Shown here piece by piece: positions 26,005 through 41,002 of a DNA stretch of 64,000 nt; position 1 is the stretch's first letter, and each line of letters begins with the position of its first letter. Under the pieces are notes generated by a model that saw only the letters and a list, made by a program, of their open reading frames with translations, was not told the DNA's origin and ran no database searches. The position numbers and the translations under genes were made by a program. Source of the DNA: Octopus vulgaris (lineage: Eukaryota). The stretch spans positions 87,854,001-87,918,000 of the forward strand of contig OX597825.1 of assembly GCA_951406725.2 (NCBI GenBank), read 5' to 3'.

Positions 26005-26557
26005 GTACGCACACAGCTATTTGATATTAATTTCGTTAAATGAGTCATATTTGTCTTCGTTTGATTACTTCAATCTCCAAAGCGCCAAACGCAATATTTT
26101 CCAGAAACACAACAAATTCATTTAACTCACCGTCATTGTCTTCCAAGAAACTAATTAAAAAACTGTCCACAGTTCACCGTAGATCACAATCATTCGTTGA
26201 TCTGTTAGTTACCCCAGGGTAGTCTAACACTGAGATGCCCTTTATGAGAGTCCGCTCGGATGCAACAACTGGCTCATCTCTCAGACATTTCAGTAACTTC
26301 TTTCTTCTCCTCCTATCAATCCTGTTCTCCCTATATATGATGCTGGACAATGCATTTCCTTCTGCGCGTCTGTCATTTCAATACAGATGTGATATCTAGG
26401 TTTCATACAAATGAATCTAATCAATATTGATATTTTAATCATCGTTAATTGAAAATAGCTCTCCGCTAGAAATACTTCTACTTAATGCACTCACTTATAC
26501 AGAAATACTATAATCGCTTTAAAAGTAACAAGAATTTCGTAATATATTTATCATTCG

Positions 26558-26768
26558 GGCGTCGAGCTGGCAGAAGTGGTAACATGCTGGACAAACTACT
26601 CAGCGACATTTCGTCCGTCCTAACATTCTGAGTTCAAATTCCGCCTAGGTAGATTTTACCTTTCATTGCTTCGGAATGGATTAATCAATGCCAGCGAAGC
26701 CCTGGGGTCGTTGTAATCAACTCACCCCCTCCCCTAATTTTCTGGCCTTGCGCCAAACTTGAAAACAA
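26558..26768 (+). mobile_element. Diverged SINE family A
   Basis: GGCGTCGAGCTGGCAGAA head, GAGTTCAAATTCCGCC. Confidence 0.85.
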
Positions 26769-28971
26769 TATTTGTTCATCCTTGTTCTTTGTGGTACTGA
26801 GTCTTGCGCATTTGTGTTTGGTCATTGATTGAATGCACTAAAATATTTTCTGCTAATTCAATTAAATGTTTGACGAGATAACAAGAAATTATTTGTTGTG
26901 TGTGTCTGCTGTTCTGTCCTAGTATAACGTTTGTCCATCTGTCCTGTCCTTTGATAAACCGTTCGTTATGCTATTTCATGATGCAATGTCTGGTTTAACG
27001 CAATCTTTTCTTTCTGCGCATTAACCCTCCACACTGACACGTAATCTAATACATTGTCGACATGAACTGCAACAGTTGCCCATTCGAATTCAATCACTGC
27101 TCCAATACAACCTTTATTTCTGGCCATCGACAACAACCTGAGCCAATTCCGATCACAATTTCTCCATAAAATGGACCAAATTTTTAAAAGCAGACTTTCG
27201 AGTCGAGACAAATACGGCGTTAATTGAGATCCTTTTGTTACATGCATCAATTTTGAACAAACATTAAATTATGAAACCGGTTAAGTGAATGTTTTTATTA
27301 AAGATCGATGCGTCTGTGTTAAGAGTCTAGTTGTTTACATGTGTGAGAGAGAGAGGGGGGAATGTGTGTGTGTAAGAAAGAGAGACAGAACGAGTAAGAG
27401 AGAGAAATAACGAGAGACTGTGTGAGAGAAAGAACGATTGAGAGGGGATGTGTGTGAGAGAGTGAGAAAGAACGCGAGAGAATGTGCGCGTGTGTGTGTG
27501 TCAGAGAGAGAGAAAGATTTGGTTTTAGAATTTATTGATTTTTAGTGTCTAAGTTGTTTTCATAAATTTAATTATATATAATTGCTGTCACAGGATCTGA
27601 TATATAAATTTAGATGTAAGATTGAATTCTTCTCCACACACTACGTTTAACTATTTTAACTACCAACATCAAACGTTCACTGATTGTGTTATGGAGGTCG
27701 TCCATTATTTCTGTTTTGTTTTTATTTTCAATCGTTTTGCGAATATTATTCATGAACAACACTCTGAATGGGTATCTGAGCAATGTGTCAAATGAACCAG
27801 TGAATGGTTCAAGGAGAATTATCAAAGCAAGTGGCAGGTTTCTTTGTCTCTGTAAAATATTGATACGCGTAATCTTTCACTTTTGACGTCATGTTTGTAA
27901 CTTCCGGAGACGTGTTTTAGATGTTTCTTATCGAGAAACAGGAAGCTCGCCTCTAGCTGCGTCGTAATCTTTCGCATTATTCCAGTATCATTGCTGTGAA
28001 TTCTGAATGGTTGCAGCTTGCGTCTGCTTTACAATGTATTTTATAAAAGCCTTGATTATCTTGGAATGGTATCTGCTGAACCGTCGTTGTTTGGCAGCTA
28101 CAAATCTACGAAGTAAAAGGGTTCTACGAGCTTTATTTCCTTTTAAAAGTCTTGACAAGGAAAACTTCAATAAGGCTTCCTTCACAAGGTCTAAGATTAT
28201 ATTATTCTAGCTCTAAATATGTTTTGACTTCCTTTGCGGAATGTTTTAATTCTCTGAGTGCAATGCTTATATCGCTGACTTCTGCACAGCTTCGTTACGG
28301 GCCACGAAGGCTCATCCTCGATTAAATAAAAAAAATACCTCTACTCACTATACCTCAATATTCCGATATGCTTTGATACTTTTCTGTTATTTGTCATTAT
28401 TGTAATTCGTGTATTTTGTCCTCGGTTTATTTTGTTAGCCTTAGGGTCAAAAACACTGTCCGAGAGATCAGCTACGTCACAAATGGGGTTGTGAATTTTG
28501 AAATGCAGTTGCGAAAGGCAAAAAGTGAATCTTAAGAGTTTACAAAAGATTGGGTGTTTTTCTCTTATTCTGCCTAATCGCAAATAATTCAAATTCATAA
28601 AATATTCACACGCACACACATAGATAATCACGCACAGGCATACATATACACACGTAGACACACACCCACAAGCATGCGCACACACATACATATATCTATA
28701 GATATTTGTATATTGAAATGACCGTAAGGGAATGGGTGAAGAAAAAGTTCTAAGACAGGAGAGTGCAAGAGAAGCTGGTATGTGTGTATATGTGTGGGTA
28801 TGTGCATAGGTGTGTGTGTGTGTATTAATAGGAATTAATAATAAATAATAAATCACTGTCAATACAAAAGAATAATAATTTTGTACTGCGGAAAATTAGA
28901 GAAGAACCCATCAAATTGATATAAATTGTGCTTATCATAGCTGATCAGAAAAATAAAAATTATATACATGC

Positions 28972-29022
<51 letters not shown>

Positions 29023-29039
29023 ATATATGTATATATTTG

Positions 29040-29252
29040 TGTATTTTGTTGTGTTTATGTTTGTTCCCCAGCACTGCTTGTCGACCGGGGCAGGTGTGCT
29101 TACATCCCCATAACCTAGAGGTTCGGAAAAAGAGAACAATGGAATTAGGACCAGTCTTCTCAAGAATAAGGACTGTGGTCCATATATTCGACTAAAAATT
29201 CTTCAAGGTATTGCCTCATCATGTCTGCAGCTTAGTACCTGAAACAAGTAAA
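29040..29252 (+). mobile_element. Diverged 3' part of SINE family B
   Basis: Ends CTGAAACAAGTAAAA, matching the reverse complement of the start of 14452 and 17017. Confidence 0.65.
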
Positions 29253-29789
29253 ATTTAAAAAGCGTATATATATATATATACAAACATAACTGTCTGAAAG
29301 TAAACGGGCTAAGACTATCTCTCAGCATTAATTCATGTATTTGGACTCACATGGACCGGTTTATTGACGGACATTACAGCCTCACCTTCCTCAGCCCACG
29401 TTACCATTATGAAGAACCCGAAGCCATCACGTTGAAGTCTGCGCTGCAACTGATTCGTTTTGCGCTGAATCATGGCAGCCAACAGTGTGAAAATAATTTC
29501 AATACATAGCATATAATTCACGAGAAAATATGATTGATTCTATTATTATGTAGCGTAACAATTAAAAATGATAATGACAGAATCAAGAATATAGGCAATT
29601 GCAGGCCCCGCAAAATAGCATTAAATAGCAGAGGGATTAAAATTAATCAAAGGACATACCAAGTATGTCTACCTGCTGGAATATATATATATACTTTATT
29701 TAAAAGCAACAGAAATATAATAAAAGCTGTTACTCGTAGTTTCACGTACCTGCTCGTCGGACAGTTTTGCTTACTCCGGTACACACACG

Positions 29790-29886
<97 letters not shown>

Positions 29887-31243
29887 GCAGGCATAAGAGG
29901 AAATAGGGATTTAAAGAAGCTAACACTTCTCACGATAAGTTATCTAACAGGTGTTCTGCTAGCATGGAAATTGTTCAGTTAAGGGTATAACATTAATATC
30001 CTTATTCTTCTGAAATTCTGGACCGCAATAGTGGAGAGTGAGTGTGTATGGAGAGTTAGTGTGCCAATGCGTATTTGTGTGTATATGCTTGTCTCTGAGC
30101 ATATGTTTATATATTAGACATGATTTTCTAATGACTTTCAAAGAAATGGAAGCTTAAACATATCCGCCAGAGTGAATTCCACCACCTTATCTAAATGTAA
30201 ATATTAGTATTGAAGTAGTGAAATAATGTTTTTTCCTCAATGGCCTTTGCATTTTATTTTGGTTCCGTCTATTGTCTTGGATGTCTTACAATCCTCTGTA
30301 ATGGCAGGAGCATTGCAGGAACTTCAAGTGGTTTCTACTTCTATTTTTTGCAATAATGAGAAAAATATTATTCATTCCTCGTTTATGTATGTTTTTTATT
30401 CTTTCGTTTCCATTCATTGCAAATTTTTTCCTGTCTAGTTTATTTTGGCATCTTTTAAGTTGAAGTGATTCAATTGGCTATGATTTCATTTTCTATATTT
30501 TAATCGAATTTCTTTGACAGACCGCACAAAAGATGGAGCAAATAGTGAAGATTTTCATCTCACGGAACGCACCTTATGAACGGGATACTATTGGAAACAG
30601 AACATTGTAAATATATTTGACATTTGCAATATGTCGAACTAAAATTCATTAGCTTTAGTATAAAAAAAAACATTTAACGTTTATCATACGATGTCTCCAA
30701 TACATTTCGTAAAAGTTAGTCGAATCGATGTATCAAAGAATATCAAATGCGTTGTATACTAAAACAGGATGAAAATATAACTTTTTTTTCTTGTAATTGC
30801 ATTTCCACGTTTGTACGTGAAATATGTGTTAACAATACATGAAAAGAGTGAACGGTTTACTACGAGAAATATTTCTGGTCAAAGTCACTTTCATCCACCC
30901 CTCTTATTAATAATGGAACTAATTAGCGAATCAGTACTACAATACAGCAACACAGCAAGCCCTGCAGTATTTTCTATCTCAGGCTTATGTTTAATTTTTT
31001 ATACATGTGTCTGTTCGAATTCCACAAGACTAAAGAAACCTAAATGATGTCATACACACACACAAACGCACACACAAACACACACACGCACGTACACACA
31101 AACACACACACGAACGCACACACACAAACGCAGACACACACGCGCGCGCGCACACAGACATAAATAAAAGAAGGAAGATGGAAAATATGAGAATTTTCTG
31201 TAATTCGCGACAATTGTTTCGACACGTCTAGCATCGTATTATG

Positions 31244-31325
<82 letters not shown>

Positions 31326-32014
31326 ATAATAATATATGCATATATATATTATTTATATTATTTAATTGAACGCCATGCGTCCATTTCCAAACACACACAT
31401 ACACACAAACACATACATATATATAGCAAATAAAAGAAGGTAAATGCACACACTTTACACAGTTTTAATATACCTTTTAATATATTTTATATTGTATTTG
31501 TCGACCAATTTCACTTTCGCTAATCATGACATTGAAATGATTGTAATTTCGTATTTTCTTAAGATTTTAGTCCATGTTGGGAGTGGAGAATTTTATGAAT
31601 GAATGATTCAACAAGTAGAAAAATCCAAGGGGAAGTAATTGGTGATCATTATTCTTAGGGACAAGGTAATTGTTCATCTTTCTGGGAGGGGATAAATATA
31701 CACAAAAACTCAAAACCTAAAGTTGTGAGTAGAAATATGTACAGTGATGGGTATGCGATCATGAATAAAAATATTCAATGAGGTCATTACGCGTTCATAT
31801 TTAGACGTGTTCCATACTTTTCGATGGACAAACTTTCTTTTTTAAACGTTCTTGTCTAGAAACTTCTGCTTTGCACGGGTAGATGTGGAAAACTGTGAAG
31901 CTTGGTTGGATATTACCTGCACTTCTCTCGATGTGTTCACTCAAAGGAATATTTATGCATTGCAGGTAACGGATCTGTTCCTTATCTAGGATCTGTGTGT
32001 GAAATTTTGAATTT

Positions 32015-32084
32015 AGTTCATGGACCCTTAGTAGTAGCCTTCCGGTCCACCATGGATCTGCGAACCCTAGCTTGAGAAACACTG
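32015..32084. mobile_element. hAT (Charlie-like) transposon end
   Basis: Ends TTGAGAAACACTG (reverse complement CAGTGTTTCTCAA) with GGACCC/GGTCCA subterminal motifs; no partner end found. Confidence 0.55.
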
Positions 32085-32150
32085 GTCAAAACGATTGTTG
32101 TACTCGTTAAGACTACTGCTAAACCTAGTTTCCTTAATCAATTACGTTGT

Positions 32151-32200
<50 letters not shown>

Positions 32201-32740
32201 TGTGTATAGAAACCAATCCCTTCTCAAAAGTAGAACTTAATTAAAAACAGAAGAGAACTTATAAACTTAGACACACACACAGATACACACACACACTCAT
32301 ACACACACATATATGCATGCATACATTTCTACTGTACAACAACAATTCTCTACTAGAATTTCTCCAGTTTTGTTTCCCGTTTGTGTCAAGACTGAATCTG
32401 TGGTCCTTGAAAACTATTATTCCTATGATAGGGTGCTAAAACGTCAACCAAAACGAAATACATGTGTTTGTTTCTGTTATCAGCAGTGTTCCCTTCTTCC
32501 ATTTTGCATTTTTTCTGAAAGAATACATTTTCTGCGAATGTTTTCATTGTAAACTTTGACATTTTCTTTTATTTCTTTCACAATAAATAATTAAGGAAGC
32601 TAATAAATAAATGAATTTCAAATTTCTCCAAAATCTCTGTAATCTGAAGCTAATGGAAAACAAACATGAATGTCTTATCCGCAAGGCTTTCGTTCTGCTG
32701 TCGATTAATAGCAATGAGGTTGCATGTGTGTGTACAAATA

Positions 32741-32777
<37 letters not shown>

Positions 32778-32779
32778 TG

Positions 32780-32820
<41 letters not shown>

Positions 32821-32885
32821 CATACATATATACGTACACATCCGTACGTAGTCAAAATTTATGATGCGAGTAGATAGTAGTGGCT

Positions 32886-33440
32886 TATTTTAAGCTCTAG
32901 GTAACTCATTACAAGGTTCGCAATCACCGGAGCGGCTCGGGTTCCCATTGCGGTACTCAAATTCATCCTATTGAACAACTATTTCATGTTCGATACAGTT
33001 TTCTATCGACAACAATGTGGAATTTCAATGGGAACCTGAGCTAACTCCACTGATTGCGAACCTTGTAATGGGTTCCCTAGAGCTTAAAATATATCAATCA
33101 TCACTAAAAATACATGGCACCTCATTTCATTGCTATTTAAAGGAGAACTGAAAGAGGTATTTCGATGATTGCTTTATACTTTGGAAAGACAGCATCGACA
33201 AACTTCGATTTTAAAATAATGCTTAACAATATTAATAGCAACATACAATTCACCAAGGAGCACAGCAGTAAACAACTCCCTTTTCTTGACATCCTAATTA
33301 AAATAGTCAATAAGCACAACCAAACTCTACCCATCCTCACAGGAGATAAAACAATGAACAAAATTTTAGGCTCATACAAAAATTATCAAATGCAAAATGC
33401 AACCTAAATCATTGGAAAAAATATTAACCAGCGCCACCCA
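32886..33440 (+). pseudogene. Penelope-like reverse transcriptase fragment with 5' inverted duplication
   Basis: FILLNNYFMFD..FYRQQCGISMGT, IANLVMG.LE, KRYFDDCFILW, LNNINSNIQFTKE.S.KQLPFLDI, then fused to a linker QPKSLEKILTSA; stops and frameshifts present. Confidence 0.92.
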
Positions 33441-36230
33441 CAATACAAATTTCCTAATTTTCCCCTTCTATCAATATTCACAGTACATCAAAGAATGAAT
33501 AAAGAGGCAACTTTCACCAATAAATATCTTCCACAACTCAATACAAACACATAACATAATACAGAACACTACTAACCTTTCAATTAGTACCACTAACCCC
33601 CATACATCCCATACACCATTCACATTACACAACTATATCTATCCTAATTGCACCAAATCCAGAACTACTTACCTCGCTTACACATAATCATTTTACTCAG
33701 GGACTTGTAGACCACTCCCTAATCCTGTTCCATTAGACAAAATAATGGGGTGTGCAAAATTTCAGCTTAACCAGACAACTGCAAGTTGGAACGTAGTATA
33801 GGCAACGATTAATTCTTTTCGAAAGCGGTATATGTTCTCCACCATTTTCTTTTTTCATCTAAGAGAAATTTATGTGGACACATCCAGGCAACCCCAACAG
33901 ATGTTTAAAAACGTCGTGATTCAAATTTACCTATTGCTAATTTCAAAAATTCCTGAAATAAGATGTTAAGTTTTCTTTATAAAGTACAACACTTCTACAT
34001 GAGAAATGTATTTTTATTTACACGAATGATTTCTTTAGAACCAAAAACATAATGTGAACCTGAACACTGAATATTGAACCTTATTTTTGCATAAGATAGG
34101 ATTTAGTGGCATTTGGGTATGTTTTACGGTTTTCGGTAACGATCTGTAAAACAAAATTGTTTCTTAATTTCAACTTTTGTGACAATTTTATTGTAATGCT
34201 GAATGAGTTTGACACTTCCTATTAAGGACTCCTAAATACTAACAGAAAAATATGATGACGGCAAGCGAAGTACAACGGGTCGCGATTAGAGAACTTTTCT
34301 AGATTTGTCCAGGCACCATTTACTCGATCTGTGTTGCTTGCTGTTGTATCACAGCAAAGTGCCTGAGTTTCGTTGGTTATATCACACTTCTCCACTGCTT
34401 AGTAAACAACCATGGCTTGCTACTCTCCCAACAATTGCTTCTTGCATTGAAAAGGTACTATTATTGCCAGTCTATCAACCGTTTCAACGCCTGATTGTGC
34501 TGGGAGCAGCTTTGCATCCTAGTGCAACACTAATTCTCGACAGTCTTTTAGGTTAAATTTATGCTGCACTCCTGTGTGTCTCGCATCTCTAAAGTTTGTT
34601 TAAAGGCATCGATAATAAGTATTCAAAGCACATAACATTATAGAAAAGGAGAAGTTCTGAACATTGTTTAACAACTTTGTCAGGACAACCAACACAACAG
34701 GGGGAGATCTACATCATAATGCGCCACAACAAAATGAACGAGTGATTACAAGTTACTACAAATAAATTAAATTATATTTTAGAAACATGGAGAAGTCATA
34801 TTAGTTTACGGTTTATCACGAACGTATGTTTCTAAATATTTTATTTCTCAACACTACCATTCGGTGCAGTACAATTCTTTCAACGAACGAACGCAACTCA
34901 CAACCTCACTCGCTCACGGCTGGCTGCCGACCGGATGATGGTGAAAAATAGGTGTTTGCCCTTTACCTCTGCTCTTTCAACAGCTTTGCATTTTGTTTTC
35001 CCCATTATATTTCTTGTCATTTATTCTTCTATTACGAAGAATAAATCTGAACAAGTTTTTAATTTAAGACCAAAATTATATATAATGATAAAGTAATTTT
35101 ATCTGAAAAAATGACTTTCCGGGCGAAATCTTCAAATTTTCACGGTCGATGAGGGTCACCATGCTGTTGTTCGATTGAGCCAAAAGTTTGCATAGAATTT
35201 TTTAATTGGAACAAGGTAAGGGTTTGGGGGCTAAACCTTTAGAAAGTCGAAAAATAAGGTCCACTCTAACACACGCATCACATATTTATATAAATATATA
35301 CGTACATTTGCAAACGCCCAAATGCGTTAATATATATATATATATATATATACAGAGAGAGAGAGAGAGAGAGAGAGATACTTAGATACATATGTATGTG
35401 CGTGTGTGTATATATACTCAACTTGATATGTATTTACAACACACTTCTTAATACTATTCCCCTTCAACAACAATGTTTACTGTAATTTTCGAATGTATAA
35501 TAGAAAATTCAGAGGCCCCAAAACAAATATACGCTGTAAACTAGCTTGAACAAAATATATTTCGTTCTGCCTTACATAGAAGTCATGACCAAGAACACAT
35601 TGCTAAGAGACAATTACTGGAATGCACGTTCAGTTTTTGGTAAAATATAAAAGGAATTCCTACAAATAAGATTATATTAGTTGCGAGAAAGAATTGTTGC
35701 TTGGAAAAAGCAAAGGCATTAAAAGATAGAAAATCTCCCCGCTGAAAAGAAAATATATATTCTCCTTTACAATGACGAAGTAGACAAAGAAATATACAGA
35801 ATATAAGAAACCGTAAGGGAGAACAACATATTTGACAAACTAATATAGCGAGACATATAAGGCTCGGAGTAAAATACAACAAATTACTTGAAATAACAGA
35901 GTAATCCCAAAGATACAGAGCACATATTAGTTGTAATGTGATGGTGTAATATACGAACTATAACGTACGGAACTTCTAATAACATAAGCCTTAACAAAAC
36001 CAAATAAAATACAAAAGAAATGGAACCGAATCAGGAACTAAGGCTAATCCCATGCATTAAACACGGCAAACACGCTCATTTACTTTGTTCTGTTTTTACT
36101 TCGTCTTTGGGTTATACTTTTCGTTCTATCTGCTTGTAATAGCAGAAGCAACTGTTAGCTAATGGAGTTATTAGTATCGTACTGCCTTAGCACAATGTTA
36201 AAACATATACACACACACGAGCCCTCAAAC

Positions 36231-36319
<89 letters not shown>

Positions 36320-36697
36320 AAACGCAAAAAGAGAGCGTAGAGAGATAAATTAGACGAGCGTATAACCCGTTGTGTTCCCAGTTAGGGCTAACTGCGTCGA
36401 TTAGTATTCAACGCCCTACGACAACTAGGAGTTGTCACTCATGCTGTAAATAGCTCCAATGGACAATCGCGTCTTCGCTAAAACGGATGGCAATATTATC
36501 TGGAGTGTAGAATGGTAATAATTACAACGATATAGAATAAAAAGACTTGTTTAATTTCATATATACGTATGTGTTTCTGTGTGTGTGTGTATGAGTGTAT
36601 ACTTATATATCCTTCTACATATGTATGTGTGTGTGTTTGCATATATATCAGCTAGAGAGAAAGAGCGAAAGAGATATATAGATGGAGAGATAGATAG

Positions 36698-36885
36698 ATC
36701 ATCATCATTATTCGACCGTGGTCGAGACAATGGAATTTACTATGCTACGCCAGACTTCACGGTCCATCATAGAATTACGGAGGTCCTGTTGCTGGATGCC
36801 TGTATCCCTGGAGATTACATCAAGGTAGGAGAGTGTGCGCCCTCTGGTATCACGAGTAGATGGCTTCCAGAGGAGAAGAGTAGAA

Positions 36886-36888
<3 letters not shown>
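36698..36888 (-). mobile_element. 3' end of an RTE-like LINE inside (GATA)n
   Basis: LLLWKPSTRDTRGRTLSYLDVISRDTGIQQQDLRNSMMDREVWRSIV followed by a (TGA)n tail. Confidence 0.85.
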
Positions 36889-36958
<70 letters not shown>

Positions 36959-39084
36959 AAGAAAGAGTGAAAATCACTCTACGTTAACTTGTTACAAATA
37001 TTGATTTTTATATTTTAACATATTTCACTCTCGAATGGACGAATGTCATATAAATTGGATGTCCGAAATTACGCCACATAAAGCAATTCCGCGAATACCA
37101 CAAATATTCCGAACGAAATAATTGGAACGTAATATTTAGATTCTTTGAGAAATATCTATCTAAGAGTGAGTACTCCGAGTGAAATAAAATGGCAGTTCCT
37201 TTCTCGTATGGTGCAGAATATTTGGAATAGATATTATGGTAATAAAACCATAAATAGTTTTCACTAGAAAACATTTATATAATTATCATATATATGTAGT
37301 CAAGTATTATGTATATTATACTGAATTAAAATCATCTTTACAGAACCACATCTATAACGAAACCGTGTAAACGCTTACGTTTTTTGTCGTGAATAATACA
37401 ACCGTTGTTTGACTGGAAACTAAATCTGGTTGAAAGACTAATAGATAGCTTTATAACGTAACTAAAGCATTCAGATTGCTGGCTATGACCTCTAATTAAT
37501 CAATTTCCTAACGATATTTTCCAATCTTTTATATTAAACTGTAGTATCAGATGAAATGATCCATCACAATATTATGTGAAATATATAACATCTCGCATTA
37601 AATGTCAGGGCATTAGGTTATATATGGCAGATAACAGCTTGTATTACTAAAATGGCCATGACAATCAGGCTAACAGCTTTTGTTAGGTTGGTAATTCAAT
37701 GATGTTTGGCTTATTGCAGCAGACAATTATTTTAAGAAAAATTGAGTAATTCTGTAAGCTGTTGTAATGTTTTTGTACTTCGAACAATATTACATTTTAT
37801 TCCTCCTCTTTTAAATTGGATGTTCCTTTCACAGTTTTGTGCGGAATCTTGTAATAATTATCGGAATTACATGGAAATGACGACTCAGAAACGGAACCGA
37901 TGTACTTCACTTAATTATAAAATAAAGGAAACAAAGAAAAAAAGCTAAGAACAGCTGATGCAATTTTAAAGTGATGGAGAAATAATTAAAGAAAAAGATT
38001 TTGTTTTTCGAAACCGTATCCAATCAGGTTGGGAAAATGACTTATTCATGAGTCAAAATTAGCTGTTTCTCCATAAACGAAAGGCCAGGCGGCTTTTAAT
38101 GCGTTCGAGCAGGTTAGAGTAGAAAATCGTTTTTATGTTGTTGGGTGATTCTGTTAAATATTTAACAAGATGCGTTTACAGCAATATTGCACAACAACGT
38201 CTACATATATAGGAATCGTCTTAGATTGATCATTGTCCAACGAACACTCTTCTAAAAATATAAACATTTTAAAAAGATACCTCAGGCGAGATAGGAACTC
38301 GTGAAATTTGATTTTTATCACTGGTCCGTATATCTTTCGCATTGTCATGTACCAATTACTGAAATATTGGCATTCATTTTCTTCACCTATTTTTTTATAT
38401 ATTTATATGGAACATTTTATCCAGATTATTCCCTGTAAAAGTGTAAACATGTTTACACAGCGTAAGTACAGCATCATGGAATTTTTTTCTGTTGCATTTG
38501 TAAAACTTATTATTTGAAGAAAGCAGACAAGATATAATTAACTCAATTGCAAAATATCTAAAATTGAAAAACAATGTAATAAAATATAATAAACTTCTTC
38601 ATTTGGCAATCAGTAAAATAAATAAACAAGATCGATATATATTAACAAGTAGACAGAAGACAAAGTCAGAAATTGAATCATTTAGTTGTCCATCCAGTCT
38701 CCCTATCATTATAGATTATGTTAAGGATGTTTCCTTGAGCGTATGAATTTTTCAGTCAGCTGCTTTGTTGTGAAGAACCAGTCACTCAGTTTTGTTTGTA
38801 ATTAATGTTCATTATTGCCACTGTTTTCACTTTTATACATTTCCGTTGGTGGCCACTCTTATTAAAGTCTGAAACCTATTTCGACAGGACGGTTCACGTT
38901 TGAGATGTTTGGGCACGAGTTAGGTTTGTACAGCAATAAAATTTCATGTCCAGACAACTGTCTTTTAAAAAAGTGGGTAAATTTGCTGTTAATAAGTTCA
39001 TAATTTATCGGACTCTAAATTTCTAGACAGTGTGCATGTCAACATGTTCATGTTCCTTGAAACACTAAACTGGAATGAATAGTT

Positions 39085-39270
39085 ACGGCGCCGGTCAAAA
39101 TGCTTAGCAGCATGTAATCCGACTATAAGTTCTGGATTCAAATTCCGCCAAGGTTGCGTTTGCCTGTCGTAATTTCTGGGATAATAAAATAAATGCCAGT
39201 TGAGCAGTGGGGTCGATGCAAGCGGCTTACTCCTTCCCTTGAAATTGCTGGCCTTATGTCAAAAGGTGAA
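39085..39270 (+). mobile_element. Diverged SINE family A
   Basis: TTCAAATTCCGCC, CAGTGGGGTCGATGCAA. Confidence 0.75.
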
Positions 39271-40749
39271 TCTAAAATGGACATTTACTTTCCATTTTTT
39301 TCGATAGAAATTTCGTAAACCTCCTTCCTATTTGCTACATTTCCCATGACTGAACGCGTTTCGGAAATCTAGTAGAAAGCAGTAACACTAATATTATTAC
39401 TGCGTTCGAATTAATAATCCTACACTAATAAAAGACGCTGGTAACATTTTATTAATATGTTATTATAATTATTCATTATATAAATTAACTAAAAATGCTT
39501 AAGGAATAAGTCACGGATAGTAACTAAAAAGTTATTGTTAAGGTTTAATAAGTTAAGCAAGAAAACAATAAACATTCTCTCGTGGAAAAATATAAGCATT
39601 ATTTGCGAAATATCTAACGTAAAAACAGAGTTAATATTTTTATAGCTTAACCAAAGGTGGAACACAAAAGAAATGCAGCGTTTAATGTCTTCTAATAGAA
39701 ATAATATGGTGGTTGATTAAACAAGATTTACTTAGTATTTAAACTCAAAAGAATACTTAATCAGCAGTTTTGTAGACGATTTTGTTTTCCATAAACAGAT
39801 AAGTAGATCGAATCTATATTTATAGAAGCTGCCAGACTAAATATAAAGCTTAAAGCAATCTAATTATACGACAGTTACATATGTTCTTTCACATGGTTCC
39901 GATATAGTGGAGATGGCTCCTTTGATGTGAGACCAAATGTGGCAGTTATTATCTAAAAACGCAGAATGGGTGGTAATTCTTTTTTCTATAAGAATAAGAA
40001 AATGGATTCTTTAAAAGAAGATATTTGAACAATAAATATATCAGTTGTAATGTCTAGCCAAAGAAAGAGAGGAAAAGAGATAACAGGAGATAACCAGAGA
40101 AGGGAGAGAGAGAGAGAGAGAAGAAGGTGATGGAATGAGAGATAGTGAGAGAGAAAGATAGAAAGAGGGGGGAGAAAGAGAGACAATAATATTGACAAAA
40201 ACAAAGATGGTCACCTCAAAAACATCCTTCATTAAATAAGAAATACATGCAAAATCGTTTATTTAAAGATCTCCCTGCAATTTATAGTTGTAAAAAGAGC
40301 CTTTGACAAAGTAGACGCATAGCACAGAAAATGGCATAAATATATATATATATATATATATGCAGATGTGTGTGTGTCTGTGTGTGTATATATATGTATA
40401 CATATGTAAATAGCTATGTACATTTATGAAGACTAAACAGTTACAAAGAAATCGAGTACTTTTCTACTTTTACCTCCTGATTATAAAGGAGTGAAAATAA
40501 GAAAACGATAAAAATAATATTTTCAAAAACAACGTGAAAGTTAGAAATGTTTTGCTTTCAACAAAACGTAGGCGTAAGGTAAATAGTATTACAGGAGTTT
40601 ATAAATATGTTGGAACTCACTAAGACACAGACACACACACAACACGCACACGCATATACACAGGCAGAGAGTAACACGGACACACACACACATGAAGATG
40701 CATTAATATGAATACATATATGCATATGTATGTATGTCTGTCTTTTTAT

Positions 40750-40854
40750 CTGTCTACCTACCTACCTATCTACCTATATACCTATCTACCTATATACCTA
40801 TCTATCTATCTACCTATCTATCTATATACCTATCTATCTATATACCTATCTATA

Positions 40855-40893
<39 letters not shown>

Positions 40894-41002
40894 ATACCTA
40901 TCTATCTATAAATCTATCTACCTACCTACCTACCTATCTAACTACCTACCTATCTATCTATCTAATCTATCTATCTATATGTATGTCTGTCTGTCTGTCT
41001 GT
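40750..41002. repeat. (TATC/TACC)n compound tetranucleotide tract
   Basis: Direct reading; purer (TATC)n tracts at 45542-45622 and 54232-54383. Confidence 0.95.

Noticed and set aside
27250-27295. GAAACCGGTT palindrome after a PLE-like GVN* ending
   Set aside because: Upstream core and helices too degenerate to call.
39346-39370. GAAACGCGTT palindrome on the minus strand
   Set aside because: No core or helix II partner found.
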